Assembly: GCA_904063045.1 (NCBI GenBank)
Contig: CAJFCJ010000033.1
Location: 135,573-199,572, forward strand
Source: Dimorphilus gyrociliatus
Taxonomy: Eukaryota > Animalia > Annelida
Direction of reading: 5' to 3'
Length of the DNA stretch: 64,000 nucleotides
Both the position numbers and the translations under genes were made by a program. The notes under the pieces are model-generated. The model saw only the letters and a program-made list of their open reading frames with translations, was not told where the DNA came from and searched no databases. Shown piece by piece: positions 39,774 to 51,796 of the stretch; the stretch's first letter is position 1; every line of letters begins with the position of its first letter.

Positions 39774-40965
39774 ATGTCACTTCGTTGTGCTACTGCTGCC
39801 GCTGTCGGCCTCTCTATAATATCCTTATGCGTAATTGTTCGTGGTGAGTTGAATAACAGATGACGTTTTTCGCTTTCTCTAGCAAGGTTTAGATATCTCT
39901 CTCTCTCTCTGTCTTTCTTTATTATTTTCTCCTCTTATTTTCAATAGCATCAAAAATATCTACACTTAAACAATTCGATAGCACTAGTTCTAACACACAT
40001 ACACACACACGCACACACATTTCCTCTCTCTCTCTCTTTCTCTGTTTTCAATTCTCCTTCCTCTTCGCCAAACACTTACGTCTCCCTTTCTTATGCACAG
40101 GTGCCGAGTACTTTGATATAACTCAGACGGTTTTCGATGGTGATACAGATCATAAGATTTGCTATCATTATCATGGAAAATTGGGTCAAAGAATCATGAT
40201 CGCGAGTGACAAAGAGTTGGGTGAGTAGGAAAAGTTTAATCATATGTCTGTCTGGTGTTTTGTCGCAGAGAACAAAACAATGACTTGCTATATTTATATA
40301 TATATAGTGTAGCTTTTAGATATATTAGTATATTTATAGACACCTTAAAGTATACTTTGCATATATGTTTCGAATAAAATACAGGATTTAAAGTTTATGC
40401 CAAATATGGGAGTTCTAAGACAATCAGTGAAATGCAAATTTGTTATACAAATACCAATATAACAATTACCCCGGACTCCATCGCCAAAAACAACTTGACG
40501 AATATTAAATGGCTCGATAGAGAATTAAAAACCGATATTAATGGCTTTACTTTTACTTTAAATGGTCAAACGATTCATATCAATGTTGAAGGAAAAGGGA
40601 GAAGTTTAAAGATGAGAGTTGTGAGAATAGCTGAATCGGATTTATCTTATTTAAATTTTTATTTTGACCTATTAAATGGTAAAGAAAGTGTTGACGAGAA
40701 AATTGGAGGGCTTCTTGGTTAGTATTTTTTTTCATTTTAAAAACATTAATTATTCATTCATTCATTCATTCGTTCGTTCTTTCTGTCTTTCACCTTTTTA
40801 GGTCTAGTATCGGAGCACAAGTTTAAATTTTATCCTCCCGTTCAAATGAAAACTCAGAGAGCAGCCGTCCAAATTGATAACGTGGTCGTAAAGGCGGAGT
40901 TTAAGAGAAAACGGGATTATATGTGCTGGTTTATAGACGTTTTAGACTTTATTAACGAACCATAG
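39774..40965 (+). CDS. Secreted ~228-aa protein consisting of a signal peptide plus an ITIH heavy-chain C-terminal-like domain
   Basis: Exons 39774-39843, 40101-40220, 40385-40717, 40802-40965; all phase 1 and in frame. Signal peptide MSLRCATAAAVGLSIISLCVIVRG. Ordered motifs ICYHYHGKLGQRIMIASD, ITPDSI, YLNFYF, IGGLLG, CWF match recalled ITI_HC_C motifs. Confidence 0.75.
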
Positions 40966-41043
40966 TATCTCAATGAAGCTTGCTAACTTAAAAATAATTT
41001 AATATTTTTAAATTCTATTTCTTCGCTTCGTTTGTTCATTTGT

Positions 41044-41069
41044 TCATTCATTCATTCATTCATTCATTC
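41044..41069. repeat. (CATT)n microsatellite
   Basis: Tetranucleotide run; a shorter copy lies at about 40756-40770. Confidence 0.9.
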
Positions 41070-43553
41070 GTTCGTTCATACATGCATATACTGTATATAT
41101 ATAGATATATACATTTGCTTCCTTTCTTCCTTTCTTTCTATCTATCTGCATACTACATACGTTTGTTTCTGTCACGCCTCACCTATCAATTAATTTAATA
41201 TTTATCAAAATGTTTGTATAGTAGGAAACAATTGCTCAAACAACATCATTTACACGCTAAGATAAACAAAGATAAATGTTAGTTTCCTTTTTCAAAGCTC
41301 TATCTAGCTAGCTGCCTATCTATCAATCCTTCTCTCTTTCTTTCTTTCTTTCTTTCCTTCTTTTTCTCTCTGTCCCACATATGGTGCTAAATTGACAGCC
41401 CGGCTATTTTTAACCATCGTTTACATATTACGTCAATATGCCTTCAATACATCCTGAGTCATCACTTTTTAGTCTGTGATTCAACATCATACAATAAAAT
41501 AAGCCTAAAAAATCTCTCTGGAGTCTCTCTCCAAGCGATGGAATTTCCTTTAATAGTATGATTCACCTATTTGACTTTATTCATGACAAACACGTTTTAA
41601 AGGGTATATTTATGCGAATTTTGAATTCTCATCGGGAAAAAAGTGAATAATAGGGTTATTTAAGAGAATTTCCGTTTTATTTATCTATTATTCTGAAGTA
41701 AAAAAGAACACAATAAAGTTGTACAATGAGTGTTTTCGATGTTTGTATTTCACTTTTCTTTCGAAAACCGTTTAGTAAAGGTGGCAACCAAATTTACAGC
41801 ATCGAAAACATTCATCCAAAAAAATACGCGCTCATATGTCTGTCGATATATACCGTTGTTTAGACAAGCCTCCACTTTCAATCTCTCTCTCTCTCCTTGC
41901 TCACTCTGAAGATCTAGCCTCTTTTCTTCATCTGGTCGGTAAACTATACTTAGTGTTTCAATTAAGAAAGACTATGAACTACGCAGAATGCAAATAAGTA
42001 AAGCTAAAATAAACAATTACAAACCATAAAAGATACCCTCAAGCTTTGGGAAAGATGTATGCATAAATAACATTTGGATTGGTAAGGGTATAAAAACAAT
42101 AAAGTACATTGACTAATGAAACTCTTTATCTTAAAATTTCATATCTATTTTGGATAAAAAATCAAACGTTTCCCGAATTTTTTCCAAACTGTTAAAATTG
42201 CTTAGCAAGCAATTTTTCAGCCAGATGTTTACAGGATTGACGTAGGGCTTGAGCTGGTGTAAGTTTTACGTGTCGAAATCGATTACAAGATATGCTCATT
42301 TTAGATTATTTGGTTTAGTTAGAGTGCTTTCATAAACTTACCTAGAATAGAGTAATATTTTATCATCCGCCTCCCCCTCCTCCCACTCCTCATATTTATC
42401 TCTTGGGAATAAATTAGTCATTAAACCGACTCTCTCCGTCCCCCTCCAAATAAATAATTCCCCCGTTTCCTTTTAGGTAATAATTTGTTCGTCGTAAACT
42501 CAGGCTACGCTTAGCAAATAACAATTGGAATACAGAATAGTTCTCTTATCGGAAAGGCTATTTTTAAAATCACATAAATTGTTGACAAGACAAATTTTTA
42601 AATATACGAAATACATCTTTCTGTCTTTTTTTCATAAAAGATCTCCAATTCAAACTAGTGTTAACAATTATTGAGAAATTAACAAGCATTTAATTATTAT
42701 ACGAAATTATACGACTGGAAAGGATTGAAATACAAAGCTTTTATTAAAAAGTACCATTTGATGATTCTTTTTATAACATTGCCCTGTATTTGAAATACGG
42801 ATTTTTTATTCTTTTACTACGTATGAAACGGATTTTTTTTATCTATCTACATTTTTACAGTAAGTATCTTTGTAGAGTTCGTGTTATTGAAACTGACCTC
42901 TGTCTCTCTCTTTACGATGAGAGACCAACTCTTTAGCATAACTCACAAATTTCTATTATATGTAAACTATTTCATCTTACAGAAGATACATTTATGATAA
43001 TCTGTAACTAGAATTTTACAATAAGTTATAAAAACAATTTTTACATATTTTATTAATGATAAAGATAGAATTAAAATGTAAGGATATGCATTAAATATTT
43101 ATCAAAAAATAATTAGGATGTTACACTTAATATGCTACAGTAACTTTCGAAACTGTAACCACTCAAAAAAACTTTAAAATCTTAGTCAAAGATCAATTTA
43201 AAGTTGTTTCTCAAGTAAATTCATAATCCAATATTACAATTAATTTAATTCAAACTAAAATGATCCATTTAAATCACCTTAAATCAGAATTTTCATATAT
43301 ATATACTAATATATTTAAAAGTCATTCACAGGCATAGCATTAAACAAAACAACTGTATAATCATAAGTTATCAAGAATATATTAATTAATCAAAGCTCAT
43401 TATGCAGACTCCAAGACCAATGAGCAAATGGCGATAGTTGTACCATCTGTAAACGAGATGGCGCTTTGAAAAAAGACGTAAAATACCTCCATTCTAGTTC
43501 ATTTACAAGTTTAAGTCACAGAGGTCATAAGAAAACCAATTGTAAATGGAGGT

Positions 43554-46500
43554 TTATGGACCTCTTCTTTCTGTAAAGTACATACTTTTCAGCGGCCATT
43601 CTTCTAGATTAAGTTTTTCCGGAAATCTTGGTAGAGGCGTTCTAGAAATAAAAACGAATTTAGCTCAATGTTTAAATACTTAAATGTACTTACGCTTCAC
43701 GTCTTTCAATGTCACTTACGAACGCAATCAAGTTTAACATATACACTCGATCCAACCGTAGCCGACCCGAGGTGATTTCCAATATTTCAGTAAAAGCCAT
43801 ATTGGGGTTTCCCCTAACTTCCAGTCGCCTTTTCTGTTCCTTTTGGAGGTCATTAACGCAATTTTCAATTTCAAAGACTGGCCAAGCATGAAACGACTCG
43901 GTTTCCCTCAATAGCTTGTTCAATCTTTCTTGTTCTATTTTACAATTTTCATAATCCAACGATAGTAAATAGCAATAGGCAATCATTTGCTGACATATCA
44001 ATGATTTACTAGTTGTGTTCTTTCCACAATTTTGAAGATTTCTAACGGACGTTCGTAAGTGTAAAAGAGCACGTTTAATATCACCAACTTGTAAAAAGAT
44101 TACGCCCAAACAAAAATCTATCTTTCCAATCATTGGATGAGGTCTCAAGGACGGTGATGACAAATAGAAAATTTGACGAGCTCTGAACAGGGAATGCATA
44201 GACTCTTCAAACATATTTTGAGCAAAATGAAAAACGCCAGCCAACTGAAACTCCTGGGCCAGTGTTGGATCATCGTGAGCTTTAACTTTTTCGATGAGCA
44301 TCAGAGCATCTCTTTGAGATATAATGGCTTGATGAAAGTTTTCAGTTAAAAAACATATCATCGCAAGAATTCGATAGCATATGGACAAATCGATGTGGAT
44401 TGGACCGTATATTTCCTTGTTAATGAGTATAGCATATTTGATATAATGATGAGCCAAATTCCAATTTCTTGCGCCTAGCTCCTTACGGCAGAGACCAACC
44501 AGACAATCGGCGTAGTTAGACTTTGTTGATGAAATTTTGACTAAGGGATAAAACATCAAAATATCTTCAGGAGAGAAAATCTTATTTTCACTTTCAAATT
44601 CATAATCTCTCTGATGAACTTGAACACCATTTGTTTTACAAAAGGCTCGGAGAAAGCAAACCTTCTTCAAAGCGTGAATCTCTATAAGCTTTGCAATATC
44701 CTGACACTCAACGGGTATAACAAATTGAAAGCTTTTCACCATATCCTCTTTTATTTCTGCCAAAAGCGATTGTCTTGTCGCATTCGTCCATTCAAGATTC
44801 TCAGTGAAGCTCACTCGTGTACTACTATGTGACCGTCTTCTTTTCACCTTTCTCATACTCAAGCAGTCGAATTCTAGCAAACTTTTCTTTGAATCCGTTT
44901 GATGGCTTAAATAGCAATTTAAGAAATGGGATGTTGCAGCTGCCTTGTGATGTAATTCAACATTTGTAATAAATCGTCTAAGGATTAAAAGAAAATATTG
45001 TTAAAAATCCTTAACAGTTTATAAAATAGAACTTTTAACTCACTCTTACCTAAATATATGCTTAGCGGCTCTATTTATCATCTCTAATATAAAAATAGGA
45101 ATAAGGAAGTGGCCATCTGGCAGTCGCTTTGTAATATTTCCCATATATCGAATATTTATTCCAAAGGTATGTAGCTTTGAAGTAAGTGAGAATCCATCTA
45201 TTATTGAATAATCGTTGACATGACTTTCAATAAAGTCGGAAATATGAGTTGTGAGCATGAAATCTGCAGCTTTGGCCAGAATAAATTGGTCTCGATGAAA
45301 TTCCCTCTGTTTCATTAATGGTATCCTAAGGTCACGATTAAAAGCGTTAGGGTTACCAGAGCAGAAAAAAGTTCGATTTTCGCTGGATCCTTCACACTGC
45401 ATAATCAGGCAATGTTTTTCCCACTCTTCCTTAAAGTTTATTTCGTCTCCGACCAGTTTCTGAGCACGTTCAAGGAATGAATCGAGCCTTTCAATTTCAT
45501 GTTCATTTCCTTCCTCAAAATGTAATGCATTTTTTTTCACATCTTCCAGAATAATTTTAGAACACAACGGATTAACAAAATTATCTAGTTTTTTCAAATA
45601 GATCTGGAAACGGGTTCGTCGAAAAATTTTCCAAAAGTATTCTCGAAAGTAAGTGTGTTGATGCCTTGCAGCACGTGGAAAATTTTCCTCTTTCATTTTC
45701 GGACTTATTAAAATAGAAGGAAGATTAAGTAGAAAATTAGGATCAGGAGGAAAAAATGTCGTCATATCGGCCATATAACTACGATTATCGTCGCCTTTCG
45801 TCACAATCGTATTTATGGATAATTGGATAGAATGAGTTTTGCGGTGACAGTCAACAATTTCCTGTGATTTATTACCCATACATCTACAAAGCTGTCGGAT
45901 GTCCGTCAAAATATCAGCATCGGTACAGTTCACAACATTATCTCCAAAATCCACTGATCCGAAACACAAGTTATTTTTATACGATTCCGGTTTTTTGTGA
46001 ATTACCGGTTCAATTATGGCACGAAATCCCTTATAATCAATAAGAATTTTCGTTAGAAAACGTAATTTTTCTGCTTTTGCTCTCCCTGCTCGTCGAGTAT
46101 TTCGAACATCAGCATTAGCAGCTGCGTATGAGTTATCATTCTTAACAATTTTAATCCTTAAACCGTTGAGAATGATAATTTCTCCATCTTTTCCTTCCAC
46201 CACCCGCCCTTCACGATCGTCAATAAGAGAAGAAAATATCTTTGTTGCTGCAGAGCTAAATTTCATTTGAAGGTCATATAAATCTTTTTCCTTTTGAATT
46301 TCTTCATGGAGTTTAGAAACCTTCTTATCAAGAATGGATTGTATCTGAGAATTAATGGTATGGTCTATAACTTCATGACCAGTGGGAAAATCCCACATTG
46401 AGAAGTCGTGCCGATGATCAATTGGAAGCTTTGGCGACAGCCAAGAGTACACTTGTTGAGGAGAAGAGTGAAATTCAAATAAATGTCTCTTTCCGTAATA

Positions 46501-48607
46501 TTCTTCTTTAACACTATAACATTGCTTAAATCCCGGACTTAGGAATGAGAGAGTTTCAATTAGGTTATTGCTCATTAAAGAAGGAGTTTCAGGCGCCGGA
46601 TTAAATTCAGTATCAGTTGACTGATTTATATAAAAGCCTCTTGTACAACAAGTTATCTGTGTTTTTCGATCTTCTAAAGTTTCTATAGATAAATAAAACA
46701 AATCCCCTTTATTCTTTCGGGATATTGGAGGAGGATTCCACCCACTGAGACAAAATTTCTTTAAGCACGGAGACATAAAAAACTTGTAATTTCCTTTGTT
46801 AGTTTGATTTGGATGAAACATAGATAGTTTATGCCCCTCTTTAACTGGCAAAGGTATAAAAAAGGGTATTGGTCTAAAAATATTTTGATCTGAATTCAAA
46901 ACAACATGAACAAAGCAGAGGGAGCGACCGTTAACACCCAAATATGCTTCTATACTTTCTTGTGAGTTCAACATCTTCCAAAAGTCCTTCAAATATTTCC
47001 TCATCGAATAATGATCAAAATTACTAAGAGAGAGATTCAAAACACTACCATTAGCCAAATTTGGAACTGATACGATTTGATGTGATTCATCAAGTCTTTT
47101 TCCTTCAAAGAAAAACTGACATCCTATTGTTTTTTTAAAACTCCTTCTTTCCATCATTTGTCGTAGTTTCCCTATTACCTCATTCTTATGTACCCTAACC
47201 ATCAATTCCGATTGATCATCAAATCTGATATTGAGATTTATGTAGCCATCAGTCAGGATTCGGTCATTTTTCAACTTGTTTAAAAACTTATGATAGAATG
47301 AAGTTATCCAGGCTTCCATTGTACTTTCGACATCAGTGAAGTTCTGTGTGAGTTTAGTAGATATTTTTGTTGGAGCTTCTGAACAATAATCGAAATCTTT
47401 GCAAAAATCTCTTATGTCACTTTCCATTATCTTACTATCCTCACATTGAACCTCGAAATTCTTCAAGTCTGAAATATAACTGACTGATATATCTAAGGAA
47501 AAAATTAATATATTAGTTTAATTTACCAAGAAAGGAATTTGTGGTTCTGTGAGTTGTCTCGTCGTTCGTCTCGTCTTCAGTTTCATCGGGAATGCCTATG
47601 AATACAACTTTTTTCTTCGGTTTGGCCTTAGCCTGGATCTGAATTTCATTATCTTCCTGAGTGTTCTTAATTTTACGTAGAATTCCTGGCCTCTTGTTCA
47701 ACGAATCCTGTGTATTGTTTTGACCATATATTTTTTCTTTATCATACTCTGTAGTTGTCTTCTCTAATTCTCCTTGACGTACTTTGGTTTTCTCAGAATT
47801 TTCCTCATTTTTATCATTAATCTGTGTGTCTAATATTGGGAATCCAATTAAATCTTTTATCAGTCTCGTGCTTGCGTTTATTTTTAAATTTTTTACATTT
47901 TCATACAACGGGTCCAGCGAATCTGGCAGTATTAGAGAAGCCTTAATGTCCGAGTATTCATATTCTTCAATTCTTTCGGACGTTTGGTGTTCACTTGATG
48001 TTTTAGAGTTTTGTATTTTATCCTCCGGCTTTTCAATGCATTCACTAACCACTTTATTAAATTGATCAGTGGCATGCTCTTCCTCAGTCTTGCTGGGAAA
48101 AGATTTCATATTCATATCAAATTCTGTTTGATCAACAGTCAATAGACTATCATCCATATCATTACTGTCAGAGCCATTGTTGTCCATATTACTAGATTGA
48201 TTAGAGGTATGTGTTTCCTCAGTCTTGTTCATAACGAATGTTGTTTTTTCATCGGCCAATAAACTATCGTCCTCAATATCATTTGTATCGAGATCAGTTT
48301 CTTTCGCTTCTTGGTCATCTTGACAAACTATGACAATGGCAGATTCTTTTGATTCATTAAGAATTTCTTCATCCCACTCAGGTTTACTGATAGGTTCAGA
48401 AACAAGTTCAGAGATAGTAATTGAAATTTCAGGAAGATCCACTGCCTCCGCACTCAGCTTGTTTTCACCTTCAGTTTTGTCTATACATTCTATATCGTCT
48501 GTTTGAACGCCTTTCTCACAAGTCTTTCGATAAAAGCAACGTTTACAATTTTCCTGCTTTAGAAGACTTGTTAGGTCTCCAGTCGACAAACTTCTTCCCC
48601 TACTCAT
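43554..48607 (-). CDS. CLUH-like: Divergent clustered-mitochondria (CLU/CLUH/clueless)-like protein, ~1623 aa, 4 coding exons
   Basis: Exons 47527-48607, 45050-47468, 43694-44977, 43554-43641, joined in frame by GT-AG introns. CLU motifs LSGWNPPP..KGDLFYL..TCCTRGFYINQST..FNP, KRHLFEF..QVYSWLSP, LGINIRY-like, SHFLNCY, then TPR repeats (KEIYGPIHIDLSICYRILA). Confidence 0.85.
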
Positions 48608-51345
48608 CTTTCATATCTCGTATCTCTTTGAAAATAAAGCAAATAGGACACTTTCTCATCAACCGCTCAAAGAATAATCTGCCTTAATAAAAGTAATTTT
48701 AATAGCTTTCGAAGTAATGAAAAAAACAACGAAATAAATTAAGCCTATTAACAATGTAACCACGTTGTCCAACTTGACTTACTAAAATAACGATTTACCG
48801 TATATTTAATATCTTCTGATTGTATTCCAACGAAACCTACATAATGGAAAATACCAAATTAGTATTTATAAATGAATTATAACACTTTATTTTAACATTT
48901 ATTAAATAATTTAGAACAGAAAATGTTAATTAAAAAAAAGAAGCTGAGCACGTCAACAAGCTAATTAAAATATGGATATAACTATGTATTCTTAAATCCT
49001 ATAAATATGAAAAGTATATAGAAATGTTGGATAAAAATAGCTTGTTTGATCAGTAAATTTATTAATACTTACAAATGTGTAGCTTCGGAAATATTTTCAA
49101 GTTTTAATCAGTCATGTGGTAATGTCACCAGACGCACGCGCTCGGGAACGAAAAGGACCGGTTTATGAAGATTGTTTATATCTATAGGAAATTTTAGAGT
49201 ATTGTTAAATTGATGGTAAAATTATATTTTTAAAATTATGTTACTTCAAAAATAAATATTTTTTAATTATTTTAAAAGAAAAATTAAATTTTTAAAAAAT
49301 TTTACGATTAAATCCGCAATTTTTTATGGAAGTATTTTTTTTTTGACGTCATGAATATTCTATTCTATTAATTAGGGTAAAAAGGCGCCCATTTTAAATA
49401 CTTAACAAAGTAAATAACTAGGCTTAGCAAAATCTTCAACTTTGCAGAAAAAATTCATAAATTATATACCAATATTTATTAGAGAATGTTTTCAAGTATT
49501 TAAATCGGGCGTATTAATTCCTAGAAAATATGGAAGTAACCTCCTACACATTTCACTGAAATTCTATCTAAAACGATTTAATTCAATCTTAGAATCTGCA
49601 GGTCACATAATAGCAATTTATTTTATATTGAAAATATTTTAAACTTTGATAAAATTTTTAAAATATCATAAGATGTCTAATAATAAGAATTAAAACATAT
49701 GAATTTTTTATAATAATAAATTATTTTATAGATAATAAATGTCTATTAATATATTCAAAAATATAGGACAATAAAACGACACAGGATAACCAAAAACTTT
49801 TTGTAAGTGGTGACGGAACTACCAATTTGGATTTGAGATAGAGAAAGATTTGAGTCTAATCATCAAATCCTCGCTGCTATCTCAAAATCAATTCAGTGTA
49901 TCTTTTATAGCATTCTTCGCGCGGAAATCAGGCTGCAAATGTAGCAGTTAATTAATCGAAAAATATGCAGTTCATAGATGTGTTAGAATAAACTTCGCAG
50001 TAACACTATCCACAAACTGCAGATTTCTTGATTAGTATTAATACTGCTAGCTGTAGCTCAGATCCTAATAAGATTCTCACTAGACGCTTCCAATCTGGAA
50101 AACAATAAAAGAAAGTAAAACATAAAAAAAAACAAATATATAAAAACACTCCTTTAAGATGAATATCTCCTATGCAATTAATTATTCGTCTAATTAGCTT
50201 TAAGGATTAGAGTATGTTATTTGCACCAGGTATTGGTTAATCTGGTTAAGTCAAACAGAGAAATAGCTTCTTTATTGCAGTTTGTTTTGATCAAAAGGTA
50301 CACTTAATGCATACGAAGAACTTTATATTTCATCCCCGGATGCATTTAGTGTTTACCTATTATTATCAAAAAAGAAAAATTAAATATATAATAGCAGGTT
50401 GATTTAGTTTTTATAACAATAAGCTTAGTTAGTTGCTGAGGTAGTTAGATCTAATTCAAAGAAGTACTAAATCAAAATAAATTTACCGCTTCTACTCGTT
50501 CAGAATATCAACAATTGAGAATGAAACGTCCTTAGCGAAAGCGATTAACTATGCTCATGTCACAAACATGCAAGAGTACAGTAAATCGACTTCGTAAGAA
50601 CGCCAGCTAACTTTTTCATTTTTTCAGAGATAAAAGTTTTTACTTCTTGTTTAAATTCGACACTGAAACTGTAAACAAAATTTTTAGTTTTATATTATAG
50701 ACACGATCTTTGAAAACATCAATAAACATTAAAAGAACAATTTTCAGCTTCGTATGTACATGCGTCGGTTGAAAGCCAAACTATGATTGGCAACCGACCT
50801 TTGACCAAGTGCTCTAGGCAACAACCTACAATTACATTTGTAAAAACTTTTTAAATCCAATATAATTGTATAATAAGTAACCGTAATAGGATAAGTTTAA
50901 ACAATTGTTTAAGCCATTTTATGTAGCGAATCAAATATGGCGGCCTCCTATTGAGATTGAGTACTTTGCAGGATGAGATTGGAAAAAACAAAAATTGTCT
51001 AAAATATATTCTTTCGGCTATTTAAATGACCGCTAGACTAAATTGCTTTATATACTACTGGTATATTAACAAACTGACACGTAGTTCGTTTGTTGGCAAA
51101 AAATTCTATAACTTTCTATTCGCGACTGGATAAAATTTCCTCATTTTGTTTAAAAGAAAACTTTTTCAAAAGAACTAAATTACTTACTTTCTACTTACCT
51201 TTATAATTACTTTGGCTACATGAAGCCTGACGCTATTAAGCAGATAAACAGGTCACTGACTTAAGTGTTGAGTTGACGAACCATGTACACTCGACGGTTC
51301 CTGGCGGAAAAAGGAAGAATAACGTTGCGTGCCCATGATGTAGCG

Positions 51346-51385
51346 TGACGTCAGGGATTCCCGGAAGTGTCAACTACGCATGCGC
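51346..51385. promoter_or_regulatory. Housekeeping-type promoter motif cluster (CRE + ETS + NRF1-like)
   Basis: TGACGTCA 51346-51353, CCGGAAGT 51361-51368 and ACGCATGCGC 51376-51385 within 40 bp of CpG-rich sequence in an AT-rich background. Confidence 0.65.
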
Positions 51386-51796
51386 AAATAAAATACTAGT
51401 CATACTTTTAAAAAAGATGTATAATAATCACTTTAAAGTTAAAAACGAATTAAAAAATTAACAAAAAAATTAATGCAAGACTGAATGCTATTTTTTTTGC
51501 TGTTTTAAGGATTCCCCAAAATACCTGCTGAAAAAAAATGGTACAACTGAACTTTGAAAGCTCGTAGCGATTAAAACTTGATTATAATATAATGGCGGAA
51601 ACTGATATTAAAGTAATACTTAATTAATTTTTAAATTTGAAAAATAGGATTATGATTTTCATCTAAAACAAAAATATTTTCAGCAATTTCATTTGATTTA
51701 TTTCAGGAAATCGCTTTGTTTACATATACAAATACTGCAAATTGCTCATAATATATTTAATACTGGTTTGCAAGAACATTAAAATAATGGAACGAA

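Noticed and set aside
40963-40986. Stop-codon readthrough (TAG then YLNEAC*) extending the ITIH-C-like protein
   Set aside because: The context TAG-TATC is not a known readthrough motif, and a 6-codon open tail is expected by chance.
50437-50445. TGAGGTAGT, let-7 seed-like
   Set aside because: The rest of the mature sequence does not match and there is no pre-miRNA hairpin.
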